This document shows, in pieces, positions 36,561 through 45,675 of a DNA stretch of 64,000 nt. Under the pieces are notes generated by a model. The model was not told the origin of the DNA. It did not search any database and saw only the letters and a program-made list of their open reading frames with translations. This stretch comes from Candidatus Levybacteria bacterium RIFCSPHIGHO2_02_FULL_40_18 (GTDB taxonomy: Bacteria; Patescibacteriota; Microgenomatia; Levybacterales; GWA1-39-11). How positions within the stretch are numbered: the stretch's first letter is position 1; each line of letters begins with the position of its first letter. A program made the position numbers and the translations under genes. Where the stretch lies: positions 42,912 through 106,911 of the forward strand of contig MFOC01000002.1 in the NCBI GenBank assembly GCA_001782235.1, given 5' to 3'.

Positions 36561-39500
36561 TTATTGTGGAATGATGGGGTGGCCGTCTTTGAAACGGATT
36601 ACTTCTTCTATGCTTCCATCGTCTTTAAATTCGAATACATGATCTTGAACTGAGGTTCCTGCAAGACTCAAAGCCTCAGGAAGATTTGAATGAACATATA
36701 CTTTTAAGTTGTCATTTTGGAAGGCAAACCAAAGCGCATCAGAAAGGCCCACGGGAAATATCCACGCCTCCCCTGTTTTGATCGAAACATTTACAAACCT
36801 AAATCTTAGATCATTTTTTGACCATGAATCGGAATAGAGCTCATCGATTGAAACAAAGAACTTCTGTACCTTCTGTCCTGCAGTCTGCCAATCACCGTGA
36901 ATTTGCTGAACCTGGATGATATGGAAGAGTGAAAAAATGGCAATCAAAACACCAACGCTCATAATAGCTATGTCTCGTCCATAGGAAGTTAGATATTCGA
37001 ATATCTTTCTGATTACCAAACCCAGTATCAAAATCAGCCCTAGTGTTGGAAGATAGCTGTATCTTGAGGTAATATTCCCAAGCCCCAAAAAAGGAAGGAG
37101 AGCTATCACAAAGAATAACATACCAAATACGGTCACCTTTCTTTCATCTGCGGATAGATATTTAGGAATTATTTTGTATGCAAAGTAAGAAGCACCCAAG
37201 ATCAAGGGAACTAAGACTGCCGCAAGCAAAAGATTATCCCGAAGCCCCGTTCGCAGTGCCGAATACACCGGGAACGAGGAAGGACCTAGAGCCGTTAATA
37301 GAAGATATCCGATTATATTACCGAGAACATTGAACGGTAACTTTATAATACTGTAACTGTAATCTCCGCTAAACCAGTGGCTTCCTGAAGCAAGTCTTAC
37401 CAAAAGATAAACTAAAATCGGAGAGAATAAAAATATGTGGCCCGACTTTTTAATGATCTTTCCTATTGATCCAAATCCTTCCTGAGCGACTTTATAGGCA
37501 ATTATTAGAAGCGGAGTCACAATTCCTACTTCGTGGAAAAGGAAGCCCAGGGATATGAAAACAATAGTTGCAATATAATATAGTGGATTCCTTTTCTCAT
37601 CCCAAACAGAAAACGCCAGAAGTGCGAGAAGCGCAAAAGCCGCGTTGAACAGATATCCGATTGAGGAGATCCAAAAAACGGCTTCTTGATACCCGCTCAT
37701 AAAAAGGAACAATAGTGCCGAAAGACCTGCAAGAATATTGTTCTTGAGGATCTTTCTTGCCAATAAATAGAATAAGACCGAAACTAAGAAATGCAAGATA
37801 AGCGAAGTTATATGGTATACAACCTGATTAAGCCAAAATATAGGATACATTGCCGAAAAGAATATTTTTGTACCGGGCCGGAAGAAAAATCCCTGAGAGT
37901 CAAGAAAATATTTGTAAATTCTCTCGAAAATTGATTTACAGGATGAATAATCACAGTCGGCCGCCCACCTAAACCAGGTAAAGTCGTCTCCTGTGAAATA
38001 GTTGCTAATCATTGGCGAGAATATTACAATTGTTGCAAGCAGCAAATAAAATATAAACGCATATGTTGAAATTGCCGCTTCCTTAAGTTCTTTATACAAA
38101 TCCACAGGTTTTTTTTGATATAAAGCGAGTGTTCCAAGAACTATGCCAGTCAAAAGCCACAGGGAAAAGGCGATTTTTGATGCCTCAAATACATCAATTA
38201 GAGTTGCATTAAACGCAAGACCAATAACTCCCGCAACATATCCTAAAACAAAACTTCTAACAACTCTATTTCTTACCTCTGGTAAGACTTTCTTTATGTA
38301 AATGCCTATTGTTAAGAATATGCCAAAAAAGGAGGCAAGCCCTAAAAGGCCTGTTTCGCCCAATATCCTAAGATAGTTATTATCAACGGCAAGACTGACT
38401 GATCCATATCCGCTTCCTAAAAATACATTCTTGGCAAATATGGCAAGAGTGCGGGGCCACTCCCCCTGAAACCGTGTGGTAAAGGAAAGGTCGTAGGCCG
38501 AGGCCCTTTTGACAATAAAATTACCATGAAGAATTACAACTTCTGCAGACAGAGATGCTTCCTCATCCGGATCAAGTTCGTAGAAAAAATTTCCCAATCT
38601 TTTAACAACCGGTGATAATGAAAGATTTATGTAGCCCGTTCCTTGCGGTAAATTCTCTCCTGTTGAAACATTGCTTGCAGTTACAACCGGGACTTCTGAG
38701 GGAAACTTTAAGGGTTTAGTAAATACTGGATCGGTTGGCCTCTTGAAAGTAGATGAACGAGTAGATTCAACTTCAAGAATCTCGTCAATCTTTCCACCTT
38801 TCATTGCGTGCTGAACTTCACCCAAGTCTTTGACAAAACTTTGACCTATTCTTTTATCTTTAAAATATGAAAATGGGACAAATTTTACGTTTCCAATGGC
38901 ATTCCCTGTTTGAGCATCCACCAAAACGTCCGTTTCGCGGATAGTGCTACCAAACCTTGTAAAAATTGATGGTTGAAATATAACAGAGAGGACGGCGAGA
39001 GCAAAAACAGCGGGCAAAAAAACAAAAATCAACTTCCTCTTTACAAATAAAAGAACAAAGAAAAGAGCTATAAAAAGAACGACAAAAGATATTCTTGAAA
39101 CTGTCCAGAAAAGAACAATGCCGCCTATAACTATAGCTGCCGCAAGCCCTATTTTTACAAGCCAGTTTTTAAATCCAAAAAATAAACCAGCGAGTATTGA
39201 AATAGCAAGAACAAGATATGCTGCAAAATCATAATGCCCGGCAAATGTTGATGGCACGCGGGAAAGAGAAGATAGCTGAATCGGAATTCCTTTGGCAAAT
39301 TCCTCATTCATTGTAAGATACGCCGGTAATCCGAAAAACTTCTGTCCTATACCATATAGAGATACTGCGACTAAAGTTACCGCTAAGACGGTAATTGCAT
39401 ATTTTAAGAAACTCTTATCCCGCATGGCAGAATAGGCAACAAAAAATAAACTCATATACTCTATATGTCTGACATAAGCAAGATATGAAACATTAGGGAA

Positions 39501-39800
39501 TACGTTGGCAAGAGTTGGGAAAAGCAGCACTACTCCGTGAATTGTCGCAATTGCACCGATCGTCCAATATATTAATATGGGAACCGTTAATGGGGTTTTA
39601 ATAGTTATTTTCTTTCTAAACAAAAAAACTAACCATAAAAGTAACGCAAGTAGCACAACGAAATCCTCTGCTCTTACATAAACCCAAGTATTCCGGACAT
39701 CAAGAATTGGTATTTTGGGGAATAATGGAATAAATGCCAAAAGAAATAAGGTGAAAACAAATAAAATATTGTCGGAAATCCACGAGAAAATTTTTTTCAT
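36561..39800 (-). CDS. 1079-aa polytopic membrane protein: O-antigen ligase/polymerase-like (Wzy_C-like) N-terminal domain fused to a GT-C-like domain
   Basis: More than 20 predicted TM helices. N-terminal half resembles O-antigen ligase family proteins. C-terminal half has the GT-C-like segment DDFTWFRWAADCDYS...FFFRPGTKIFFSAMYPIFW. Confidence 0.5.
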   Translation of the reverse strand: MKKIFSWISDNILFVFTLFLLAFIPLFPKIPILDVRNTWVYVRAEDFVVLLALLLWLVFLFRKKITIKTPLTVPILIYWTIGAIATIHGVVLLFPTLANVFPNVSYLAYVRHIEYMSLFFVAYSAMRDKSFLKYAITVLAVTLVAVSLYGIGQKFFGLPAYLTMNEEFAKGIPIQLSSLSRVPSTFAGHYDFAAYLVLAISILAGLFFGFKNWLVKIGLAAAIVIGGIVLFWTVSRISFVVLFIALFFVLLFVKRKLIFVFLPAVFALAVLSVIFQPSIFTRFGSTIRETDVLVDAQTGNAIGNVKFVPFSYFKDKRIGQSFVKDLGEVQHAMKGGKIDEILEVESTRSSTFKRPTDPVFTKPLKFPSEVPVVTASNVSTGENLPQGTGYINLSLSPVVKRLGNFFYELDPDEEASLSAEVVILHGNFIVKRASAYDLSFTTRFQGEWPRTLAIFAKNVFLGSGYGSVSLAVDNNYLRILGETGLLGLASFFGIFLTIGIYIKKVLPEVRNRVVRSFVLGYVAGVIGLAFNATLIDVFEASKIAFSLWLLTGIVLGTLALYQKKPVDLYKELKEAAISTYAFIFYLLLATIVIFSPMISNYFTGDDFTWFRWAADCDYSSCKSIFERIYKYFLDSQGFFFRPGTKIFFSAMYPIFWLNQVVYHITSLILHFLVSVLFYLLARKILKNNILAGLSALLFLFMSGYQEAVFWISSIGYLFNAAFALLALLAFSVWDEKRNPLYYIATIVFISLGFLFHEVGIVTPLLIIAYKVAQEGFGSIGKIIKKSGHIFLFSPILVYLLVRLASGSHWFSGDYSYSIIKLPFNVLGNIIGYLLLTALGPSSFPVYSALRTGLRDNLLLAAVLVPLILGASYFAYKIIPKYLSADERKVTVFGMLFFVIALLPFLGLGNITSRYSYLPTLGLILILGLVIRKIFEYLTSYGRDIAIMSVGVLIAIFSLFHIIQVQQIHGDWQTAGQKVQKFFVSIDELYSDSWSKNDLRFRFVNVSIKTGEAWIFPVGLSDALWFAFQNDNLKVYVHSNLPEALSLAGTSVQDHVFEFKDDGSIEEVIRFKDGHPIIPQ

Positions 39801-39868
39801 AAAATTGAATAGCTAAATAGCTAAATGGCTACATGGTTTTTAACCATTCAACTATTCAACCATTTTAA

Positions 39869-40738
39869 CTATACTTTGAGCATCCTCTTGTATGTATCGG
39901 TTAAGTATTTATTATTTATGATTTTACCTAAAACTACAAGAGCAAAAGATTTAGAAAAAAGTAAAAACTTCACAAAACTATACGAAAAAGGATTGCCGTG
40001 TTTTTTTTGAAAATAGATTAATCCCTTATGAATGTTCCTGATTGCAAACCCGCGACTTGAACTGGCATAACCTTCGTGAATTACTTCGATTGAGGGATCG
40101 AATACAACCTCAAGTCCTTCTTTTTTAACTCTGTAACAAAACTCCATGTCCTCAATATACATGAATAAGTTCTCATCGAATCCGTTAAATCTTGCAAATA
40201 GGTCGCGACGAACAGCCATAAAACCACCGCTCACAAAATCTACCTGCTGATTTCTTCCTGGCGAGAATCTTATTCCGAACGTCTCATCTAAACCTAATGC
40301 TGTAAGAAAAACTTCCGATGTTTTTAAAAATTTACCTGCCGATTTCTCACTTTTTAGGTTTCTATTTAAAATCTTTCCCCCCGCCACCCCAACATTGACA
40401 TCTTCTTCGAATATAGAAACTAAATTATCTAGCGAACCCTTATTCCACTCACAGTCGGGATTTATAAACAGAAGGTACTCTCCTCGCGCTTCTTTTGCTC
40501 CGATATTAATCCCTTTCGCGAATCCAAAATTCTCCTTGTTCTCTATAATTTTGACTTTTGACTTCAAATTTTGACTTTTGACTTTTGAATTTTGAATTAT
40601 CTCTAATGTTCCATCGGTCGAATTATTATCCACAACAATAACTTCAAAAGCTTTGTCTTTATTAAATTTAAAGATACTCTCAAGAAGCCTTTCGATGTAT
40701 TTCGCTGAATTATACGTGACGATAATTATCGAAACCAT
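39869..40738 (-). CDS. family 2 glycosyltransferase (GT2)
   Basis: N-terminus MVSIIIVTYNSAKYIERLLESI...VVDNNSTDGT. Carries the in-CDS 7-mer repeat. Confidence 0.8.
   Translation of the reverse strand: MVSIIIVTYNSAKYIERLLESIFKFNKDKAFEVIVVDNNSTDGTLEIIQNSKVKSQNLKSKVKIIENKENFGFAKGINIGAKEARGEYLLFINPDCEWNKGSLDNLVSIFEEDVNVGVAGGKILNRNLKSEKSAGKFLKTSEVFLTALGLDETFGIRFSPGRNQQVDFVSGGFMAVRRDLFARFNGFDENLFMYIEDMEFCYRVKKEGLEVVFDPSIEVIHEGYASSSRGFAIRNIHKGLIYFQKKHGNPFSYSFVKFLLFSKSFALVVLGKIINNKYLTDTYKRMLKV
40551..40606. repeat. in-CDS tandem 7-nt repeats (TTGACTT / TTGAATT, ~8 units)
   Basis: Read directly. Translated as NSKVKSQNLKSKVKIIEN inside the GT2 between the DNNS region and the ENFGFAKGIN motif. Confidence 0.7.
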
Positions 40739-41280
40739 GCTGCCCTTCCCAGACGATACGTGGGGTTTTTGAGTTTTCGCTCGCCAATTACTTTTGCCGG
40801 AACGCCGCCCACAATTTCAAACTCCCCAACATCGCGTGTAACTACTGCTCCTGCCCCAACCACAGCTCCTTTACCGATTTTTACTCCCGGCAAAATTATG
40901 GCGCGGGGCCCTATAAAAACGTAGTCGCCGATTTCAACAGGAGATGTTACGGCTTTAAAATTTTCGTCATTTATATCATGTTCTGCATTGTAGATCATTA
41001 CTTCACTCGCAATATCTACGTGATCACCAATTATTAATTTGTCTCGACCGTCCAAAACCGCGTTTTCTCCAATAATCGAATCTTGACCTATCGATATCTT
41101 ACATGCATCGTAAAAAACAGCACCCATGTGCAGGGTTGAGCCTTTGCCGATTTTCATGCCCTGAATCCTATAGAAAAACCGCCTTACGTGATGAAACGGA
41201 ATGTGACCAACGCATTTTAATACCATATTGTCACACTCTAATAGTATTGCCTTAAGTCTTCTTATGATTTTATTAAACAT
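40726..41280 (-). CDS. hexapeptide-repeat sugar O-acetyltransferase (WcaF/MAT-like)
   Basis: Left-handed beta-helix repeats IGENAVLDGRDKLIIGDHVDIASEVMI...IGPRAIILPGVKIGKGAVVGAGAVV. Confidence 0.8.
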   Translation of the reverse strand: MFNKIIRRLKAILLECDNMVLKCVGHIPFHHVRRFFYRIQGMKIGKGSTLHMGAVFYDACKISIGQDSIIGENAVLDGRDKLIIGDHVDIASEVMIYNAEHDINDENFKAVTSPVEIGDYVFIGPRAIILPGVKIGKGAVVGAGAVVTRDVGEFEIVGGVPAKVIGERKLKNPTYRLGRAAWFR

Positions 41281-41289
41281 ATATTTATT

Positions 41290-41417
41290 TAGAAATTGGT
41301 TAATAGAAATTTGATATTGGTTATGGAAATTAGATATTGGAAATTTGTATATTTTTAACTATTATCTATTTTCCAGTTTCCATTACCATTTTCCATTTTC
41401 TCACAACTATTTTCTAG
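41290..41417. repeat. palindromic AT-rich intergenic element, second copy of family A/B (TAGAAATTGGTTAATAGAAATT...AACTATTTTCTAG)
   Basis: Termini nearly identical to the element at 15812..15938. Internal GGAAATT / CCATTTTC heptamer arms. The right-end CTAG contains the TAG stop codon of GT4 41414..42580. Confidence 0.6.
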
Positions 41418-42580
41418 CTTACTGGTTTTGCTGCTTCTTCCAAGGTGTGCAAAACCTGTCTTGCGCTCTTTTCCCAAGAAAACTTTTTAACCTGTTCGTG
41501 CCCTTTCTTAATCATGTCATCGCGAAGTTTTTTGTCTGACAAAACTTTTTCAATTTTCTCCGCGATGTCCGATACATCTTCCGGATTAAAGTAAATTGCG
41601 GCATCTCCTCCTGCCTCGGGAAGGGAAGAAACATTACTTGTTAAAACTGGACATCCGTATTTCATCGCCTCTAAAATTGGCAGACCGAATCCTTCATAAA
41701 GGCTTGGCAATACAAAAAGTTCTGCGCTTTCATAAAATGCCGGAAGCTCTTCATCGGTAACATTTTCTAAAAATCGAACCCGATCTTCAACTCCGTATCT
41801 TCTTGGCGCTTCGAGAATTTCCTCATACTGCCACCCCCGCCTCCCAACAATCACCAGTTTTAAATCTTCTCCCACCCCTGAGGTGAGGACGCTTTCACCT
41901 CGGGGGTGAATAACGGCCGAAAATGCTTCGACTAGTCGTACAATATTCTTACGAGGTTGAAGTGTCCCGACGAATAAAATAAATGTCTTTTCGATTGAAT
42001 ATTTTTCAAGAATTTCTTTTTTTGACATTTTAGATTTATTTGCCTCCTTAATACCAAGATAAGCTACGTGTACGCGAGCCGCAGGGACATGGTACTCCTT
42101 GATTATATCATCCTTTGAGCTCCGGCTAATGGTGATGATTTTGCGAGCGGAACGAACAGAATATCCTCCCCACAAGTTGAGTTGAAGCAGATCCTTCTTC
42201 TTAAAAAGCTTCGGGAAATGCTTATATGAAATGTCTAGAATTGAAATTACTTGAGGACAAGGGGCGAACAACGGACCATAGTGGGTTGGCGAGAAGAAAA
42301 CATCAAATTCTTGCTTGCGAATAGCAGGGCTTAAGGCAAAAATTGTCCAAAGAGGCTTATTTGGCAATATTTCGTAGCGCCATCCTTCCCGTTCGCGAGG
42401 CAAGTCGGATGTAGGTTCGACAGGCAAAAAAATGACATACTCGTTTTGTTTATCAATCTTGTTTAGTTCGATTAACCATTCAAAGGCAACCTCTGAACTT
42501 CCAACCCTGTTTGGTAATCCATTCAAATCATATCCAAATCTTGGAATAACTCCTTCGTATCCATTAATTCCTATCTTCAT
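41414..42580 (-). CDS. family 4 glycosyltransferase (GT4)
   Basis: N-terminal MKIGINGYEG and C-terminal LPSLYEGFGLPILEAMKYGCPVLTSN. Confidence 0.8.
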   Translation of the reverse strand: MKIGINGYEGVIPRFGYDLNGLPNRVGSSEVAFEWLIELNKIDKQNEYVIFLPVEPTSDLPREREGWRYEILPNKPLWTIFALSPAIRKQEFDVFFSPTHYGPLFAPCPQVISILDISYKHFPKLFKKKDLLQLNLWGGYSVRSARKIITISRSSKDDIIKEYHVPAARVHVAYLGIKEANKSKMSKKEILEKYSIEKTFILFVGTLQPRKNIVRLVEAFSAVIHPRGESVLTSGVGEDLKLVIVGRRGWQYEEILEAPRRYGVEDRVRFLENVTDEELPAFYESAELFVLPSLYEGFGLPILEAMKYGCPVLTSNVSSLPEAGGDAAIYFNPEDVSDIAEKIEKVLSDKKLRDDMIKKGHEQVKKFSWEKSARQVLHTLEEAAKPVS

Positions 42581-42609
42581 AATTAGTATTAAGAATTAAG
42601 TATAAAGTA

Positions 42610-42978
42610 TTAAGTATAAGTCTGGGAAGCCTTTATTAAACCATTGAGTAGCTTGTGAACTAAAATTATTGAATTCTCAATTATCAAGAAGTTTTCATTA
42701 GATACATATTCAAGTTCTTTCGAGATAATCAGTTGATTATGTAACTCTGTTACGGATCCTAACGCAATATAGTAAAATTGATTTTTTTCCTTCTTGTTTC
42801 TTCTTGAAAATCCCTCAGCAATATTACTAGTTACTGAAATAGCGCATCTTCGCATTTGTGTAGTAAGAGCGAATAATTCTTCCCTTGGAAATTGTTTAGT
42901 AATCTTATAAATTAACAGGACAAGCTTTATACCTTCCTGCCAAGCTATAAGGTCTTTAAAAGTGACGATTTTTGTCAT
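42610..42978 (-). CDS. four-helix-bundle protein (23S rRNA intervening-sequence-type, TIGR02436-like)
   Basis: 122 aa, all-helical, with a conserved-looking segment CAISVTSNIAEGFSRRNKKEKNQFYYIALGSVTEL typical of this family. Confidence 0.6.
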   Translation of the reverse strand: MTKIVTFKDLIAWQEGIKLVLLIYKITKQFPREELFALTTQMRRCAISVTSNIAEGFSRRNKKEKNQFYYIALGSVTELHNQLIISKELEYVSNENFLIIENSIILVHKLLNGLIKASQTYT

Positions 42979-43002
42979 ACTTAATACTTACTTCTTTATA
43001 CT

Positions 43003-43536
43003 TTATACTGTTGAGATTCCTGGATAGACAACACGTATCCTGCTCTCGTCTATCCCCAGAATCTCAAGTGCGTCTTTTTTGCTTGATTCAGAAATACAAA
43101 ACACGATATTGGACTCTTTTTTTACCCAAGAGAGTTTTCTTTTCTGAACTGAAACAATTTTTTGATCAGTCTCCTCCGGATGTTTATAAACAATAAGATC
43201 ATAAATTATAGTTACCTTTTTCGCTTTTCGCGCCGGCGGCTCTGTCCAATCGGAAGTAATAAACCAATCCACATCTCCCACAAACAGTTCTACCGGCAAA
43301 ATATGGAGCTTGTTCCATAATGTATCTAGAAGCGTCGGTGGGATTGGAAATTTGACAATTCGAACATTAATTGGAAATTGGAAATTGGAAATTGGAAATT
43401 GCCTTCGCAGGGAAGAAAAGAATAAAACAAATTCATGTTCGTCATTTTTAACCATTTCCCTTACCAAATTCGAAAGATAATTCGCTACTCCAGTATTGCC
43501 GTATGCAATCTGACTCACATCAATCCCGATCTTCAT
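43003..43536 (-). pseudogene. GT4 glycosyltransferase N-terminal fragment (177 aa, lacks the C-terminal GT-B domain)
   Basis: Starts MKIGIDVSQIAYGNTGVANY like the intact GT4s at 41414 and 29907, but terminates after the N-domain (VVYPGISTV*). The four-helix-bundle gene follows instead. Contains the TGGAAAT x4 repeat. Confidence 0.55.
43372..43399. repeat. in-CDS tandem 7-nt repeat TGGAAAT x4 (same unit as intergenic element family A/B)
   Basis: Read directly. Translated as QFPISNFQFPINV. Flanking ATTGGAAATTTG also occurs in element B. Confidence 0.7.
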
Positions 43537-43572
43537 TTCTTAATTATAACTATAAAGCGACTTGGGAACAAA

Positions 43573-43791
43573 TTAGTGCTTGCGGTTTTGAATTAAATAA
43601 ATGATGATCGCCGCCAGAAAAAATGCGGCGGCATAATAGGTAAGCCTTTGAGCTGTGAAGAAAACCCATGCTGAAAAAAGCGGAATCGCTAAAACTAAAC
43701 ATAAAAGTCCGACCAATGTAAACCATTCAGGTTTTCTCCTAAATAAAAGTCCCAAAAGTATAATCAAGAATATTAAATCTTGTGGTTTCAT
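43573..43791 (-). CDS. hypothetical small membrane protein (72 aa, 3 TM)
   Basis: Overlaps the upstream gene by 4 nt. Almost entirely hydrophobic. Confidence 0.3.
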   Translation of the reverse strand: MKPQDLIFLIILLGLLFRRKPEWFTLVGLLCLVLAIPLFSAWVFFTAQRLTYYAAAFFLAAIIIYLIQNRKH

Positions 43792-45674
43792 TTTTTTAAT
43801 TTGCTTCGAGCAAGGGACATAATGATTAATGCAAGTGTTATACTGCTAATCACGAGGCCAATGTGAACCCACTTTTGCGGTCCGTAATAAATTTCCAAGA
43901 CATAATTCCCTGTTTTTGGTAAGACGAAACTGTTCATTTTATTAAACTCCGAACTTGATACGTTTAAATTCGAACTTTTCGCTATCCAGTTTTGATCGTA
44001 CCCTTCGGCAAAAACTATTCTCTCATTTATTTCCGCATTTTTGATGTTAAGCTTATATCTTGTTGGATTTATAAATTTGTAATCAATTTGCAAGTTATCG
44101 TTTGGGCTCCAAAAACGATCCTTAAAGTCAGGGGCTTCAAATACTACAATTTTGCCGAACGTTTCAACTTTTTTAAGCCAGGGGATTTCTTCCAGCCCAT
44201 TAACCGCATCTTTATATTTTTGGTCATCATATTTCCTATCAGAAAGAAATATTTCGCCTTCAGAGTCTTGCGGCACTATCACATACCGTACGGATAAATT
44301 AGAAAAAAGCTCTTGTGACTCCTCCATATTTAACTCTTGAATCATGGCAGAAGCACTTCCCGATTTTAGAAGTTCATACCTCCCAATGGCAGGATTAATA
44401 TCCGAGAAATATCCATAGCGCTGCCACTCCGGAATCCAAAGAGTTCTAAAAAATTCATTTTGTTCAACTATAAAATCTTTAAGTCGAACATAACTCTCGG
44501 GAACTTTTCTAATTTGAAAAATATCGGAGATAAATATCAATCTTAAGCTAAATATCCAAAAAATTAAAAAGGCTCCAATTAATATCTTGTGTGAAATTTT
44601 CCTTTTTAGAAATACCGAAAAATTAAATAGCGAATAAGGTATAAGGATGGAATAAGAAAGCGCAATCAAAGAATAAAATTTTGTCGGATCTCGAAAAAGA
44701 CTAAACCCGGGAATGTTCTCAAATAACCACTCGAACACCCGACCGAATGGCTCATTTGTACCTTTTGCTAAAAAGACACCTGCTAATCCCAGAAGGGCAA
44801 AAAATAATATAACTCGGCTTTGGAGAATCTCTTTCTTGTTTTTTAAGTCTATAAAAAATAGGCTTACGAAAGCCAGAATCGGAATTATTAGGAATTCAGG
44901 CCGCATAAAGTATGTCTTTCCGAAAATATTTTCCGGCCAGTTGGGATGAAGAAGGGAGATTGTGTTTTCAAAAAGAGCAAAACTGAAAAATTTTAATCCT
45001 GAAAGTGAATCAAAACCCTGCGGCAGAAATGCGGGTTTAAACAATATAAGGGGAATAATCCAGTAAGAATGAAGAAGAAAAACAATTAGTAAAGGGGTAA
45101 TAACTACATACAGTAGATGCTTTTTAAAGAATTCGGATTGAAGAAGAGAATAAAAGAAGAGCGAACCTAAAGTAAGAAGAAAAAATCGGGGATCGAATAA
45201 AAGCTGCAGGGACAAAGCTAAGCTAAAAATGATGGAGGATCTTAGGTTTGTATTTCGCAGGAGATTTATAAATGTTAGAAATACGAGAGGCATAAGAGCA
45301 TAGGCAAATGCGACGCCCTGCTGCCCGCCTAAAAAAATAGTCAAAAAATAAGTATTGGTTGTAAAAATTATTCCTGACAGTAGCGAATAAACAATGTTCT
45401 TGCTGATAATGTTTCTGAAGAGAAAAAAGGCTCCCAAAAAAGCGATGAGAAGTGCTGGTATTATCCAAAAGACAAGATTTATGATAAACCAAGGAATACC
45501 AAGATAGGAAAAAAAGGAAGTAAGATTTAAAAAGCTAGTTATCCAAATCGTATTTATGGAGGAAATCCCGATTCCTGTATTAAGACTCGAATCCCAAGCA
45601 TACGGAACATGTGCGAAAAACTTTATATTTTCTGGCCAAAAAAACCTAAAGTCTCCTAAGAGTAGATTTAACAT
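43788..45674 (-). CDS. polytopic membrane protein with C-terminal extracytoplasmic domain (YfhO/GT-C-like)
   Basis: ~12 TM helices in the first ~400 aa, then a soluble ~200-aa domain and a terminal TM anchor. In an operon with the GtrB-like synthase. Confidence 0.45.
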   Translation of the reverse strand: MLNLLLGDFRFFWPENIKFFAHVPYAWDSSLNTGIGISSINTIWITSFLNLTSFFSYLGIPWFIINLVFWIIPALLIAFLGAFFLFRNIISKNIVYSLLSGIIFTTNTYFLTIFLGGQQGVAFAYALMPLVFLTFINLLRNTNLRSSIIFSLALSLQLLFDPRFFLLTLGSLFFYSLLQSEFFKKHLLYVVITPLLIVFLLHSYWIIPLILFKPAFLPQGFDSLSGLKFFSFALFENTISLLHPNWPENIFGKTYFMRPEFLIIPILAFVSLFFIDLKNKKEILQSRVILFFALLGLAGVFLAKGTNEPFGRVFEWLFENIPGFSLFRDPTKFYSLIALSYSILIPYSLFNFSVFLKRKISHKILIGAFLIFWIFSLRLIFISDIFQIRKVPESYVRLKDFIVEQNEFFRTLWIPEWQRYGYFSDINPAIGRYELLKSGSASAMIQELNMEESQELFSNLSVRYVIVPQDSEGEIFLSDRKYDDQKYKDAVNGLEEIPWLKKVETFGKIVVFEAPDFKDRFWSPNDNLQIDYKFINPTRYKLNIKNAEINERIVFAEGYDQNWIAKSSNLNVSSSEFNKMNSFVLPKTGNYVLEIYYGPQKWVHIGLVISSITLALIIMSLARSKLKK

Positions 45675-45675
45675 T

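Noticed and set aside
43003-43536. Truncated GT4 interpreted as a phase-variable gene in the OFF state caused by the TGGAAAT tract.
   Set aside because: The reading frame continues ~120 codons past the repeat and stops where an unrelated gene begins. No GT C-domain is found in any frame downstream, so truncation is by insertion or deletion, not frameshift.
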